Assembly (NCBI GenBank): GCA_013239625.1
Contig: MU054117.1
Location: forward strand, 1,734,011-1,798,010
Direction of reading: 5' to 3'
DNA from: Lama guanicoe
Taxonomy: Eukaryota
Length of the DNA: 64,000 nt
Shown: positions 26,972-38,730 of the stretch, piece by piece
How positions within the stretch are numbered: position 1 is the first letter of the stretch
How the letters are laid out: every line of letters begins with the position of its first letter
Notes under the pieces: generated by a model
Seen by the model: the letters and a program-made list of their open reading frames with translations, nothing else
Database searches by the model: none
Told to the model about the DNA's origin: nothing
Made by a program: the position numbers and the translations under genes

Positions 26972-27116
26972 GGAGAAGGGTATAGCTCAAGTGGTAGACC
27001 ACATGCTTAGCATGCACAAGGTCTTGGGTTCAATTCCCAGTACCACCACTAAAAATAAACCTCATTACCTACCCCCACTCCCTCAAAAAACCTATAAAAT
27101 AAACTAATTTTTAAAA
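26972..27116 (+). mobile_element. tRNA-Ala-derived SINE (vic-1 type)
   Basis: GGGTATAGCTCAAGTGGTAGA...CTTAGCATGCAC...GGGTTCAATTCCCAG plus tail; perfect 15-bp TSD AGAAATTAAGTTCCT at 26957-26971 and 27117-27131. Confidence 0.9.
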
Positions 27117-28324
27117 AGAAATTAAGTTCCTAAAAACTTGCCAGTTTTTATTTCCTTCCACATATTAATTTCCCTTCATTTGATATGGCCTTCATCATTT
27201 GGAAGGTGACATTCAAAGGGTTAACATGTTAGTTCATGGATAATAGATAAATTCCTAGATCATTCAGTTACTTTCATACCCTATTTCAGCTTGATCCATT
27301 TTCTTGGCAAGAAGAATATGGAAAACGGCATTTTTCATGTATAACGTAGGTGGCTTTTCCATTCACTATAACTCTGCTTCTTCCAACAACCTATGCACGT
27401 TTACTTCCTGATGAGGAAAACATTCAATCAAGCAGCTACAGGTCAAGCAACAAGTAGCCCAAACCAGCTATTCAAACCTAGAATATGCTTGTCAACCAGA
27501 ATGACACACCATTATTTACACCTAGAGAGGCTGAAAAGGAAGCCGTGACTCCTTTGGACTCTTGGGAAAGTTTAGCTTAAAAACCTTTTACAAGATTACA
27601 ACAATGATAACGACATTACAACTGTCAAAGCACACATACAATTTTACATGGGTTCCTGTACTATTTACATCATTACTGAAAACATACTAGTTTCAATTAA
27701 CAATGTTAAATCACTGCTAGTGACCAGAAGGCTTAAGCATCATTAGGTGAAACAATATCACTTACGGTGCCTTTCTAGTCCCAAAGTGTTTATCCAAAGA
27801 AGCAAGCTTTTTTAAAAAGTTTATGAGCTACCTGTGCAACCACCAACTAAGACACATCCAAAGGAAGGTCGTCCATGCACAAAGTCGTTCCTAATTTAAA
27901 AGGACAGCCTGATTTCAGAGATGGGAACACTCACCCAAAGCACCTGCAGCTCATCACTGCAGACCCTCTGATGAGCACAAGGCAGGAAGACCCTACTTCC
28001 CCAACTCAAAAACTTCCCACTAATTCCAAGTTTCCTGCCAGACACTAAAACAACGAGTAGGCAATGCGTCTGTACCAGGATGACTTTCACCACTCCTTCC
28101 CTAGTAGCAAATCTCCCTGGCTACCAATACTAACTCTTAATCCTATCCAAACACCTATGTGCAAGCCCCAAATTCTGGCTTGCATCTTTCAGAAGTTGGC
28201 CTCCCGCAACTCGGAAAGAACAGTTTGAGAAAAACACGTAAAGGGTGAACTCAGTAAACTGGCCGAAGCAAGCCAAATTCGGGATCCAAAGCACCGTGAA
28301 ATAAAGAAGGAGGTGGGATAATAC

Positions 28325-29077
28325 CTGCAGTTCACACCAGGCGACCTCCACAGTGGTTTCGGTGTCCAGACCCTTGTAAACCGTCTTAAAGGAGCCCCTG
28401 CCGATTTCGATGTCAAACTTGAGGAAGCGGCCATCATTGGACATTCCCACGGCCTTGGTCTCCAGCTCCTCGATGTCATCCTGCTGCTGGCTCCGTTCCT
28501 CCTGGGGCTCCTTGGCGCTGCCGCCGCCGCTGCCACTTCTGGCCGACGGGGGCTCCTCCTTGCTCCCCGCGTGGCTGGGCTGGGCAACCTGGCGGTCTCT
28601 GCCGACGAGGCCGGGGGCCGAGGCGGCAGCCGGGCCCGCGGCGGCAGGTTCTCCGGGGACGGCGGCGGCAGGCGGCTGCCGGGCCACTGGGGCGACGGCG
28701 GCGGTCAGGGTCTCCTCGCGGTGCGGCTCTGGGGGGCTCCTCTGCGGGACCGCGGCGGCGGCGCTGGGCTGGGGGAGCGGGAGGGGGAGGCCGGGCAGCT
28801 CCAGCGCCGTGGCGTTGGAGTCGCAGATGACGCTGCGGCGGAAGAAGCGGTGCTCCGTGGTGGTGGTCGCGGCCGCCCCCCGGCTGTCCTTGTCCATGGT
28901 GTGGCGGCGACGCCGGTACTCCTCCGTCCTGCCGGCTCCGCCGTCCGCCGCCGCGGCGCCCAGTTTCTCCCCCACCGAGGAGTCCGAGCTGGAGCCATTC
29001 TTGGGGAGAGGCGCCGGCGGCGAGAGGAACACCGAGCCCGGGGCGCTGCTCTGCTGGTCGGCGGCGCCGCCAGACAT
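28325..29077 (-). CDS. WNK1: WNK lysine-deficient protein kinase 1, coding part of exon 1 (251 codons; gene continues past position 1)
   Basis: Translation [23 protein letters not shown]...[13 protein letters not shown]...[21 protein letters not shown]...[55 protein letters not shown] matches the WNK1 N-terminus. It has the Akt site RRRRHT60, the catalytic Lys in GRGSFKTV, and Cys in VAWCE replacing the usual beta3 Lys. Kozak context is cccaccATG. The exon ends CAG|GTATTA, phase 0. Confidence 0.98.
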
Positions 29078-30910
29078 GGTGGGAGCGGGAGCGAGGCGGG
29101 CGGCTCGATTCACGGAAGGAGGGGGCCGGCCCGGGGCGGCGAGGCTGCGGGCCGACGGCCCCTCACTCGGCACTGACGCGGCGGCCCGAGCGGGAGGCGG
29201 GACACCGGGCCCGGCTGCGGCGGCCGCTGCGGCTCTCGAGGCGGGCTGGTCGGGGGAGGCGGCGGGGCGGAGGCACAGGGGCTGGCGCCTCACGGCCCGC
29301 ACCCATCGTGCGGCGAGCGGCGGCCGGGCGGGCTGCAGCGGCGGGGCCGCGCACTCATCGGGGCGGCGCACAGCCGGCTCCGAGTCCGGGCGGGCTGGGC
29401 CCTGAGGGCGGCGGCGGTGGCGGCCCGCGGACCCCGAGCGGGGGCGGCTGAGGCGCAGAGGCAGGGGAGGCCGCGTCGGGGCTCGCGGCCAGGCGGGCGG
29501 CCGCTCCTCCTCCCCGCCCAGCTGGACGGCCTCACAGGCCGCCCATCGCCCGACGCGGAGGGAGGGCCCGAGCCCGCTGCTCCTCCGGGACGAGGAGGGC
29601 CGGAAGAAGGAAGGACAGTCACTCCGTCAGGCACCTTCTGTCACGGAGACCGGTGCGGAGAGGCTGAGGGAGAATAGCCGCGTCCGCCGAGGAAACTCCG
29701 CGCTAAATGGCGCCGGGCGTCTGAAGCCTCCACTCGGCGCGCTCGGGCCCCGCCCCCCGCCGCCGGAACGCCCCGCCCCCATCCCGCTCGCGGGGCTCTT
29801 GCGCAGGCGTGCCGGCCCCGAGGTCCCCTGGGACCTGTAGTTGACGCGGTGGGGAATGAAAGGAACGAGGGAGGCAAGCGCCTACGACTCCCGTGACGCC
29901 TTGCGGCGGCTCCGCCTGCCGCCTGACGGGAGCTGTAGTTCGCTTTGAAACCGCCCCTTCTGGAAGGCGGATGGGAGCGTCCCCCGTGGGTTGCTGAGCC
30001 CCATCCTTCAGTGGGCGCCAGCTAGGGCAAGCATGACTTAGGCATTAGTTGTGGAAGAGGGAAGAGAGAAGAAAAGGAGAGGGAGGCAGGGCGGCAGGAG
30101 AGGCTCCCATCATGCTCTGCTTAGGCGAGAGCGAGCTGGTCGGGTCGCCGAGGATGAAAAACGGGCTGCGGTCCTGTTTAGAGCGGAGCCGCGGCGGTGC
30201 GAGCCGGGGCTGGGCGCGGGGCCGGGGAGCTGGACCCTCTCCTCGGGCGGGGGACTCTGCAGAAAGCTGGTTGGGGGCTGGGGCAGGCGGCTGTGCGCCT
30301 CCCTGCCAGAGCACTCGAGGACGAGCCGCCCTGCTGCAGTCGGGGTCACGCGAGCCCTGCGGGAAGCGCGGACGGTGCGGGGAGGCGTGGGTTCAAGGAA
30401 AGACGAGGTCTGCGTGTCTTTGTGTCTTTTACCGCAAACAGAGCTGAGCTCACTTGGGTGCAACTTAGTGTCCGCCTTTCTTCTGCCTGGGGCTTTAGTA
30501 AAACGGCCCCCTCTTCCCCTAGAGGGGCCTGAGGGTACGCCTGTAATTTACACCGCAGCTTCGGACCAGGAGGAAATCTGCAGACCTGCGGCTTTCTCGG
30601 AAGCATCCTTGGGCTCCCCGGACCCCTTCCTTGCTCCTCGCAGCTACTCAAGATGGTGCAAGTGACGAGCACCAGGGGGCACCCGACGGAGGAGGAAGCC
30701 AGACCCGGAGCCAGAGGGTAGTTGAAAGGCTAAGCCCAACGGTACGAGCGGGAAGCGCTTAAACGTGCGCAACCGCACGGAGCGTGCTCGCCCCGGCCCC
30801 CGCCGGCGCCCGCTGCGGACCCGCTCGGGACCCGCTCCGGAGCGCCCGGCCCGCCCGGCCGCTCTGGGAGAGCAGCGGTTGGAAGCAGCGGGACCGAAGA
30901 TTCGTTAGCG
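28340..30910. promoter_or_regulatory. CpG island / WNK1 promoter
   Basis: Dense CpG and very high GC content. GC boxes at ~29747-29780, YY1-like AAATGGCG at 29705-29712, ZNF143-like motifs at 29828-29940. No TATA box. Confidence 0.9.
29078..29722 (-). other. WNK1: WNK1 5' UTR (~645 nt), putative TSS near 29722
   Basis: The minus strand from 29722 reads AGACGCCCGGCGCCATTTAGCGCGGAG, which resembles my recollection of the 5' end of human WNK1 mRNA. It contains a YY1/Inr-like CGCCATTT and is very GC-rich. Confidence 0.7.
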
Positions 30911-33289
30911 CATTTCTTTAGGAAATGTCCAAGCCTAGACGATGAGCTGCACTTGGTGAAGTCTGACTACAATCCATAGCAATCTATCTGATACGTAGAA
31001 CAGTTGCACTATTTTTCACTATCTTGTTATCAAAAGCTACATTTTGAGGTATACAGAAAGTTTTTTTTTAAAACCAACGGTTTTGGGGTTCCATGAAGCT
31101 AGCAGATTATGAACATTTTAAAATAGGAATTCAGAAGGGGCATCTGGAGTCCTAAATTATTAGTTCCATTGTTCTAGAAAATACACCCTTCACTTACTTG
31201 CTATGGTAATGGCAAATATCATTATGGTATATGCCATTAGTGGTTTGACTCCAACCATAAGGTTAATGAAAAGCAAGGGGAGAAATGACTAACGTAATTT
31301 GCATTGTACTTCTTGAGGCAGCTTCTTAGAACTTGCGCAATTGTTGCTTTGCTAGAAAAAATAGCCTACTTTTAAACATGAGCGAGGTCAGTTTAAAAAG
31401 TTTGGGCACCATAAAAAAATGATACTTCTATGTTAACAGTCATTAAAAGCCTTTATTATTACCTATTCCTGCCTACCAGACCCTGAACCTTTGGCCACAC
31501 TGCATTGAACACAAATCCCTTGACGACGACCATGACCTATTGACATGCGATTTCAGTCAGGAACAACTAAATTCATTGTAAATAATTTAATGAACTGTTG
31601 GCTTAAAACCACGTTTGCCCACATGACAGCTTTTCCTACCTGTGTAATGTTAGCTTCATTAGGAAAACAGGTACGACTCTGAGTGTAACCAGGTGTACAG
31701 TGTTTAGATTTAAAGATTAAACTGCTTGTGAATGTTTTACTACAGACACTTGTTCGGCTCTCTTTTTAATACTTACTACTTTGAATTGATGATTGAAAAT
31801 ATCAATGCTATTTTCTATTAATTCATTACTATTCCATCTCTAATCCGTGTTTTCCTTTCTCTGCCATTTCAATGATCAAGAATTGACCTCTAACCTATAT
31901 AAAACATCAAGTGATGTAAGGGGAAGTAGCAAAGGACCCGGGACACAATGGATGCACTAGGCTCAGAGATTTGATTTCCTAATGGGTGGGTCCATGAGAA
32001 GAATACAAGTATTTAATTTTTTTGCACCATGTTCTTTATCCACTTTAGCCCCTGTTCATTTTTCACGTTGATTCATGTTTCTTTCTAGTTCCTATCTATC
32101 CGCGTTTTATGTTTACACAGTCCTCACCATTGGTAACTGGCGAACCATGAAAGCCAGAGACAGCTTGGATTTAGACAGTGGCTGAACACACAGGATATAT
32201 CTTATTTCGTATGTGGCATAATTCATAAGGTAGCTTCCTGAAGGGCAGAGAAAACAAAACCTATCTTGAGAGCATTTCTCTTTTTTTTTTTGTCCCCTTC
32301 CCCGCATTTCTCCAAAACTAAGGCAAAATCCTTCTGAGGACTTTACGTACTGCCCCGTGAACCATAGGCTTTCCCGCCGGGCTGGTGGGAAGGCACTACT
32401 CGGGCTCTGTATGAGTTCTAGTGACCGCTCCACGACATTTCCAGGCAGTTCCTTCCCTGCCCTTGAACAGTTCCCCTGGGTGCTGTGCTGGTGAGAGCTC
32501 CACTGGCCACATGAGGGGGCCCCTGAAGGGCTCTAGACTTCTGCTGCTGTTGTCACCATCCTCTCTCTGCAGCTCTTTCCCGTCTGGAATCCTTCCTTGA
32601 GAGCTCTAGGCGTCTTAGTCTCCCTGCTTCCTCTCCCCGCCTCAGGGACCCTGCCCGGCTCCACCCAGATGCCACCTTTCCAGGACACCCTCTGGAAATT
32701 CTCCCAAGGCAGTCGGCTGGCAAACAATACGACGTTACCTCATTTGTTTCCTGTCTCATCAGGCCTGATGTCCAATACCTGGAAAATGGTTATTTTAAAA
32801 AAGTATTCTGTCTAAATTGTTTTTAGTTATTTCTGGTGGGAGGGTAAATTTGGCCCTTTTACTCCATCTGGACAGGAAGTGCAAGCTCAAGGTAAGTTTA
32901 GCAAAAAAGTTAGAATTAATTGGTTCCCACAATCCAGCCACAGAAAGGAAGAACGTACACTGGCCTTCAAGTTGACTGGGTTTATTGACTCAAGTTACAC
33001 CAGAATACTTTGTTTCTTCCTCTGTCTGTCCGTCTCATTTCTACTTCTGCCTTTTGGCCGAATTCTAGTGTTGGTCCGAGCCACCGTCAGATCTGGAGAC
33101 CAGCCTCATAGCCAGCTTGCCAAGGTCGAAGAGAGAACTCCCTTTCCATCTCCAACTTAGATAACTCGGCGGAATCAGTGGCTTGACTTGGATATATCTC
33201 GTGTCCCTGTACCAACCACTAAGCCCTGGAGGGCACACTACAAAGACTGACCCAACAAACAACCCGAAATACATACCATCTACCGTGTT

Positions 33290-33860
33290 CACACAGGTTT
33301 GGATATTTGTGTTTCTTGGAATAGCTTCCTATAAATTGCTGTGTCAAAGGTTTAGACAAAGCCTTTTTCATACCGTCAACTTTTCCACCAAAAAGTTTAT
33401 ACCACTTCACCTTCCCACCAACAGTATGTATTTGGCATATTTCCCCTCAGCATTACCAACACCAGGTATTTTTTTTTTCACTGCTGCAAAGCTGGCAGGT
33501 GAAAATGGTATTTCACTGTTATTTTAATTTGCAATTCCTTGACTAGTCCTGACATCAGCTATTTTTCATAGACATTCATTCGTACAGTGGATATTTACTG
33601 AGTGCCAACTATGTAACAGGCACTAGTCTCAACACCGAAGGTTTATTAGCCTTTTGTATTTTTTATTTTGTGACTTTCCTATCATTTGGTCATTTTTTCT
33701 ACTGAGGCATTTGTCTTTTTCTTACTGATCTGTGAGAATTTCTTATATACAAGTGGCATTGACTCTGTCACATATGCAGCAATATTTTAAAATTTAAGTC
33801 CTCCGTCTTTAATTTTGTCTTTTATAATATTTTGATGTACAACTTTCTAATATGTTTCTG
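33290..33860 (-). mobile_element. Old L1M fragment
   Basis: TTTATACCACTTCACCTTCCCACCAACAGTATG...TTTTAATTTGCAATTCCTTGACTAG on the reverse strand. Confidence 0.65.
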
Positions 33861-34548
33861 TCAGGCTTTAGATTCCTGCCCTCAATACTTACACAGTTGT
33901 CTCACATTAAGCTGGTCCCATTTGGCACATGAGCCAGTTTCTGTTTGAGATTCACCGAGTCATCTGTAAAAATCAGCTCTGGGCACGTGCCTCTTCTGGA
34001 ACATAATCTACTCTTACTTCTTGTAAGACTCCTGGGCCACAGGCAGCGATTCAACACACAGTTTCTCCCAAAAGACTAATTAAAAGAGGGCAGACTTCTG
34101 CGGTGTTTACCAAGTCCATCACAGGCTTGGGTAGCAAACAGATATTCTGGTTGATGATATCTGATTATCAACTGAAGAAAATCTGTGAATAAGGAGACTA
34201 ATTAGTCAAATAACAACACGTTTGTTTTTCCTTTAGGACCTTTTAAATTTTGATTTGCTCTGATCTGACAGCTGACTCATTTCCTAGTGGTCCCAGGGAG
34301 AAAGGCAAGACAATGGCTCCCACAAGTGTAGACATGCAGGAGCTGCTTCTCTCACGCAGACTTGTTCATCTGGACCAAATACCCTGCGTACTCAGGAAAA
34401 GTGGCAGACCAAAGCATGAAGACTGTGGCTTCTCGGCTATGTTAGAAGGGGCCTTCTAGGCTTTGTGGGCAGTGTCCTAGCCCCAAAAAGAATTTTTTTA
34501 TAATGTGTAAAATACACAAAACTTTCCTGCCATCTTTTGCTTGTCAAA

Positions 34549-34955
34549 AGTGTTGTCCAATAGAACTTTCTGCAATGATAGAAATGTTCTAGATCTGCTT
34601 TGTTCAAGGTGGTCGCTATTGTGTCGCTATTGAGCTCTTGAAATATGGCTAGTAAGGCTGAGAAGATATAGTTTTAAATTTCTATTAAATTTTTATTAAT
34701 TTAAGTTTAGATAGCCACATGTGTAGGGTTACCAGATTTAGCAACTAAAACAAAAAGCCTGCCCACGGAATTTTTAATCTCAGATAAGCAACAGATAATT
34801 TTGTAGTTTAAATATATCCCAAATATTGCAAGGGACACATTTAAACTACAAATTTTTTCTTTTTTTTATCTGAAATTCAAACTTAACTGGGTGTCCTATA
34901 TTTTATCTAGCAACCTTATTCATGTGGCTAGTGGCAACCATATTGGACAGCACAG
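34549..34955 (+). mobile_element. MER3 MITE containing a nested MER53-like element
   Basis: TGTCCAATAGAACTTTCTGCAATGATAGAAATGTTCTA...TAGCCACATGTG [insert] CATGTGGCTAGTGGCAACCATATTGGACAGCACAG. Confidence 0.8.
34724..34918. mobile_element. MER53-like hAT MITE
   Basis: TIRs TAGGGTTACCAGAT...ATCTAGCAACCTTA, 195 bp; 8-bp TSD CACATGTG/TTCATGTG. Confidence 0.75.
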
Positions 34956-35650
34956 ATGTAAAAGGAGTATCCTATTTCTCACAAAGTTCTTCAGAGTTAC
35001 TCAAAGACACCTGTAGGACTAAATCAAGGAGGAAGAATGGTCATGGTCATCTTTTGGCAAGAAAAAGTAGAAAGAAAGCCATTAGATGCCCGGGCCAGTT
35101 CCACCAAACCGATGAAATTCAATCCAGCAATTGTTTATTGTTTCTGTATGCAGAAAATGTGTTCAACTGTTTACACCGTATGGCCATGCAAATTGCCCAG
35201 ACCAGTATTCATTTGATTTGGTTGGTTCCTGTGCTGCCCCGGGTGTTAACTATCTCGAATGGCATTTACAACCTGACAGAACAGCTGGCACCAACTTTAA
35301 AAACAAACAAACAAACCCAAAAAGCTCTTTAACATAAAGTAGATGCTAAGTGATACATACAAGGATAACGCTCTGGGAGTAAAAGAGGGAACCACTGGAT
35401 GGGTGAGGGGGTGTGTGTGGTTGTTCTGTTTTGTTTTGCCAAAGTCTAATAAACTCTCATCTTAACTTTTCTTCCTAGGGCTTGACACATTTTACCAATA
35501 AGACTGTTAGACCCCTGTATGATTAAATCAAGATGGGCATATTTGTGCGTGTATACTGCAAAAAAATTTCACCTGCTTTCTGCAAAGAGAGCCAGTGGAT
35601 CCCTCAGAAACTGCAAATGAGTGAAACGCAACTTAACTCAAAAAGACATT

Positions 35651-35740
35651 GGGGGGCGGGTAGCTCAGTGGCAGAGCACACACTTAGCATACATGAGGTC
35701 CTGCGTTCAATCCTCAGTCCCTCCATTAAAAAACAAAAAC
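35651..35740 (+). mobile_element. tRNA-Ala-derived SINE
   Basis: TAGCTCAGTGGCAGAGC...CTTAGCAT...GTTCAATCC; TSD CAAAAAGACA at 35639-35648 and 35741-35750. Confidence 0.85.
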
Positions 35741-36049
35741 CAAAAAGACACTTGGTGAGTACCTTCTCTGATTCCAGGCTACTGGGTTAGGTTTCCAGGT
35801 GTAGGAGTCCATCATTCTACTTCCTTATTTCTGCCGTCAGAAAGAAATACACAGACTTTTCTATCCAGCCCAGACACAGCTGGCCTGTATTCACCCCAAG
35901 GGGGGCTAGTCTGGCCCATCTCCACTGCAGAAAGTTGCCAATCACACGACGGCCCTTTCTCCTCCCCTTTCCAAATCTCAGCTTCTCTCATTTTTTCCTC
36001 CCTTCCTACTCTCTAAAATCACAATTCAACTTTTCCCTTGGACTCTGAC

Positions 36050-36443
36050 CTTTGCACGTGACTCACAGCTGCACAGCAGGTTATAATGGATGCCCTGTTT
36101 CTGCAGACACAGTGCCAGCTGTTGGTGGTTCACAGCTGAGCCCCTCCAAAGGGCCCTCAGTGAGGGAGCCGCCTTGCACAAGGTTCCACCCCTCCCTAGG
36201 CGGGTCACTGGGGGTGCAAAGGCCACACCTTGTTTTACTGGGAACAGCACTGCACTGTTACCCAGCCGTAGCTGGGCTCCCGGTGCAGCAGCACTGAAGC
36301 GCACCTTCTCCGTTCACCCAGTCCTGCTGCCCCTACGGTGCTCTCTACCCCCAAACCCCAGTAACAACCACAACAGCAGCACAACACCCTGCGTGCACAT
36401 CTCCACCTTAGGAGTCTGTTTCTGGGGAGACTTCCTGAAGACA
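36050..36443 (+). mobile_element. LTR16-like ERVL LTR remnant
   Basis: 3' end GAGTCTGTTTCTGGGGAGACTTCCTGAAGACA resembles LTR16/LTR33 termini. Confidence 0.4.
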
Positions 36444-37741
36444 TAGGTGGTTGAAATATCTCTTAAGTAAACTTCCAGATTCTTAGGACAAACTTCTAGC
36501 TTTGTTGAGACTGGCTCTCTCTATTGCTTGGGAAAAACACGGCCTTAACTGCCTTTTTCCAGAAAGATGGGCACATTTCACAGCGGCAGGAGACCGAGCA
36601 GCTTCTGGAATGTGAGAGGAATCTTCCAGGATTGGTTACAGGACATAGCGTGGCCCAGACTGGCAGGTGCCTGCAATTAACCTTCCTGTTCCTCATGAAA
36701 TGCAGATGACCCAGTGAGACACAGATCACAAAACAGCCCTGGGCTAATCCAGTCCTGGCCAACACAGTAGTCACTGATTACAGTGAAGGCATCCCAAGAA
36801 CCATTCCCCCTCTGCTAGGGACAACTGCCTCCTTTTTCCTCCGGTAGCCCTCTTGCTTACCTCTTTCCTCACTAACTCTTCTTGCAAGACTGAAAGCTGC
36901 TGTTTGGAATCTTGGGAGTGGACCTTGCCACCTCTGACTCACAGCCACTTCATCCTGTGGAATTTGACCAACGTCTCCCTTATTGCCAGCTGCCACCCAT
37001 TCATCTCTCCTCTGGCTTTGTGCCTCCTTTCAGCTTAGCTGCAAAGTGGGGAATGAGGGTGGAGTGGAGGACAGGGCTCATATGTGTGGCGTTCCTCCTG
37101 TGTACCAAGCACTGTCCTGGGCACTTCGCACTATCTCATTAAGCCTCACATTAAACCTAGAAGATATGTGTATAGCTGCCCCTCCCCAGCCGCACCCCCA
37201 GCACACATGCCACACCAAGGCTGAAAGAGTTACAGGATTTAGTCCTTTGGGATGTGCAACCTCTCCTCTTTAGGAAGCTGTCTTAGGCTTCCGTACGATT
37301 GTGAAGCAGTGTCCTAGGTTAATTCTAATGTTACTTCCATCAGTACCAGTCGAACTTGGTTTGTTAGTGGTCTGGAAGCAGATCGAACCCTTCAATATCC
37401 CCCGATTTCATTCCTTTACAGTCTTAACCCTCCTAATGCTGTAGGTCAGAGGTGGTATCTGAACTTGGGAGGGTCTCCAAACAGCTGACCAACCTCCTTG
37501 TTGTATCACTGATTAACTAGCTGATTAATGAGCTCATTTAATAAGTATCCACTGCACTGTTACTGTCTGCATGTGTGGGAACCATGGGTGGGGATGCTGC
37601 GCCCAGAAGCGAAGAGCCTGGACTCCGAGGTCAGACTCCTTGAGTGCGAATCCAGGCTCCATCCCTTAGCGGCAGCGTGACCCACTGGAGACCTACGCAC
37701 CAAACGCTCGCTATTCACCTGCTCTGCTAGGTGTTATCTGG

Positions 37742-37862
37742 TGAGGGGGTGTGTAGTTAGGTTTATTTTTATTTGTTGATTTTTTATTGGAGGTACTGGG
37801 GATTGAACCCAGGACCTTGTGCATGCTAAGCATGCACTCCACCACTGAGCTGTGCCCTCCCT
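37742..37862 (-). mobile_element. tRNA-Ala-derived SINE inserted in a MIR (~37608-37990)
   Basis: TGGAGGTACTGGGGATTGAACCCAGGACCTTGTGCATGCTAAGCATGCACTCCACCACTGAGCT; MIR motifs on both sides. Confidence 0.85.
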
Positions 37863-38583
37863 CATATGCTAGATATTATTAACCTTTTGGGTCCTCAGGT
37901 TTTTCACTTGTGAAGTGAAGGTACAGCACCTGCTTCATAGCAGGGGGTAGGGGCGGGGAAGGGCGACTTCTGAGGTGTAAATAGGGTTGTCTGTGTAAAA
38001 AGAAGAACAGATCCTAACTCAGGAAACACACAGCCTGGGAGGGGAGGCCAGGTGTGTGCGCAGACAACTTAATGCAAGTTTAGAAAGCGCCTCGTGGTGT
38101 GGAGGGAGCAATCACGTGTGATGAAATTCAGAGGAAGGAAAGATTGCTTTAAGGTGAGGGAATCAGAGAAGGCTTCTTGCACAAAGGAACATTCGAGTTG
38201 GTGGCTGGCGCTCACACTCAGCAGTGTTAAACCTGTAAGTGGCAACCCTCTTGTTAACCGGTCAGCACTATCCGAAGTTTAACCACACCAAATGCCGAGC
38301 CCTGGTGCGCAGCCCCGGACTGCAGCACCAGGAGGCTGGGTGCCCGCCGGCTGCGCGGCTGTGCCCGCGAGGTCAGCCCAGGGTGGCGCACGCCCGACCC
38401 CCGGTCCGGCTCCCCTGCCGGCTCCGCAAGGGCCACTGCGACGCAGGCCAGGCTTCCTCTAGCCCCGTGACCCGGTCAGGACGAGCTCTGGGAAGGACGC
38501 CAAATTCATGACGGCCGCCAAGAGTTTAACGGCTCACGGTGGTAAGCTGTACATATGACAGAGGATACCAAAAAGCAAACAGG

Positions 38584-38730
38584 TGCGGACCGTGTAGCTC
38601 AGCGGGAGAGCGCGTGCCTACCGTGCACAAGGTCCCAAGTTCGATCCCCAGCCCGCCCCTCCGTTAAAAATAAATAAATGAGCCTAATTATCTCCCTTCC
38701 CCACTACGAAAAGAGAGAAAGAAAAAAGAA
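38584..38730 (+). mobile_element. tRNA-Ala-derived SINE (CpG-rich copy)
   Basis: GTGTAGCTCAGCGGGAGAGCGCGTG...GTTCGATCCCCAG...AAATAAATAAATGAGCCTAATTA. Confidence 0.8.

Larger units (their letters stand above)
1..28324 (-). other. WNK1: WNK1 intron 1 (partial, >=28.3 kb)
   Basis: GT donor at 28324-28323. No exon-2 peptide (DRKLTKSERQRF...) is found in the window. WNK1 intron 1 is known to be very large. Confidence 0.9.

Noticed and set aside
28130..29371. 413-aa ORF as a complete single-exon protein
   Set aside because: It starts at a GTG in the leader and runs past the exon-1 donor into the intron; only 29077-28325 matches WNK1.
28410..29405. 331-aa plus-strand ORF and other long ORFs across the CpG island (28571-29176, 30051-30665)
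   Set aside because: These are antisense or off-frame shadows of GC-rich sequence, with low-complexity Ala/Gly/Arg content and no recognisable domains.
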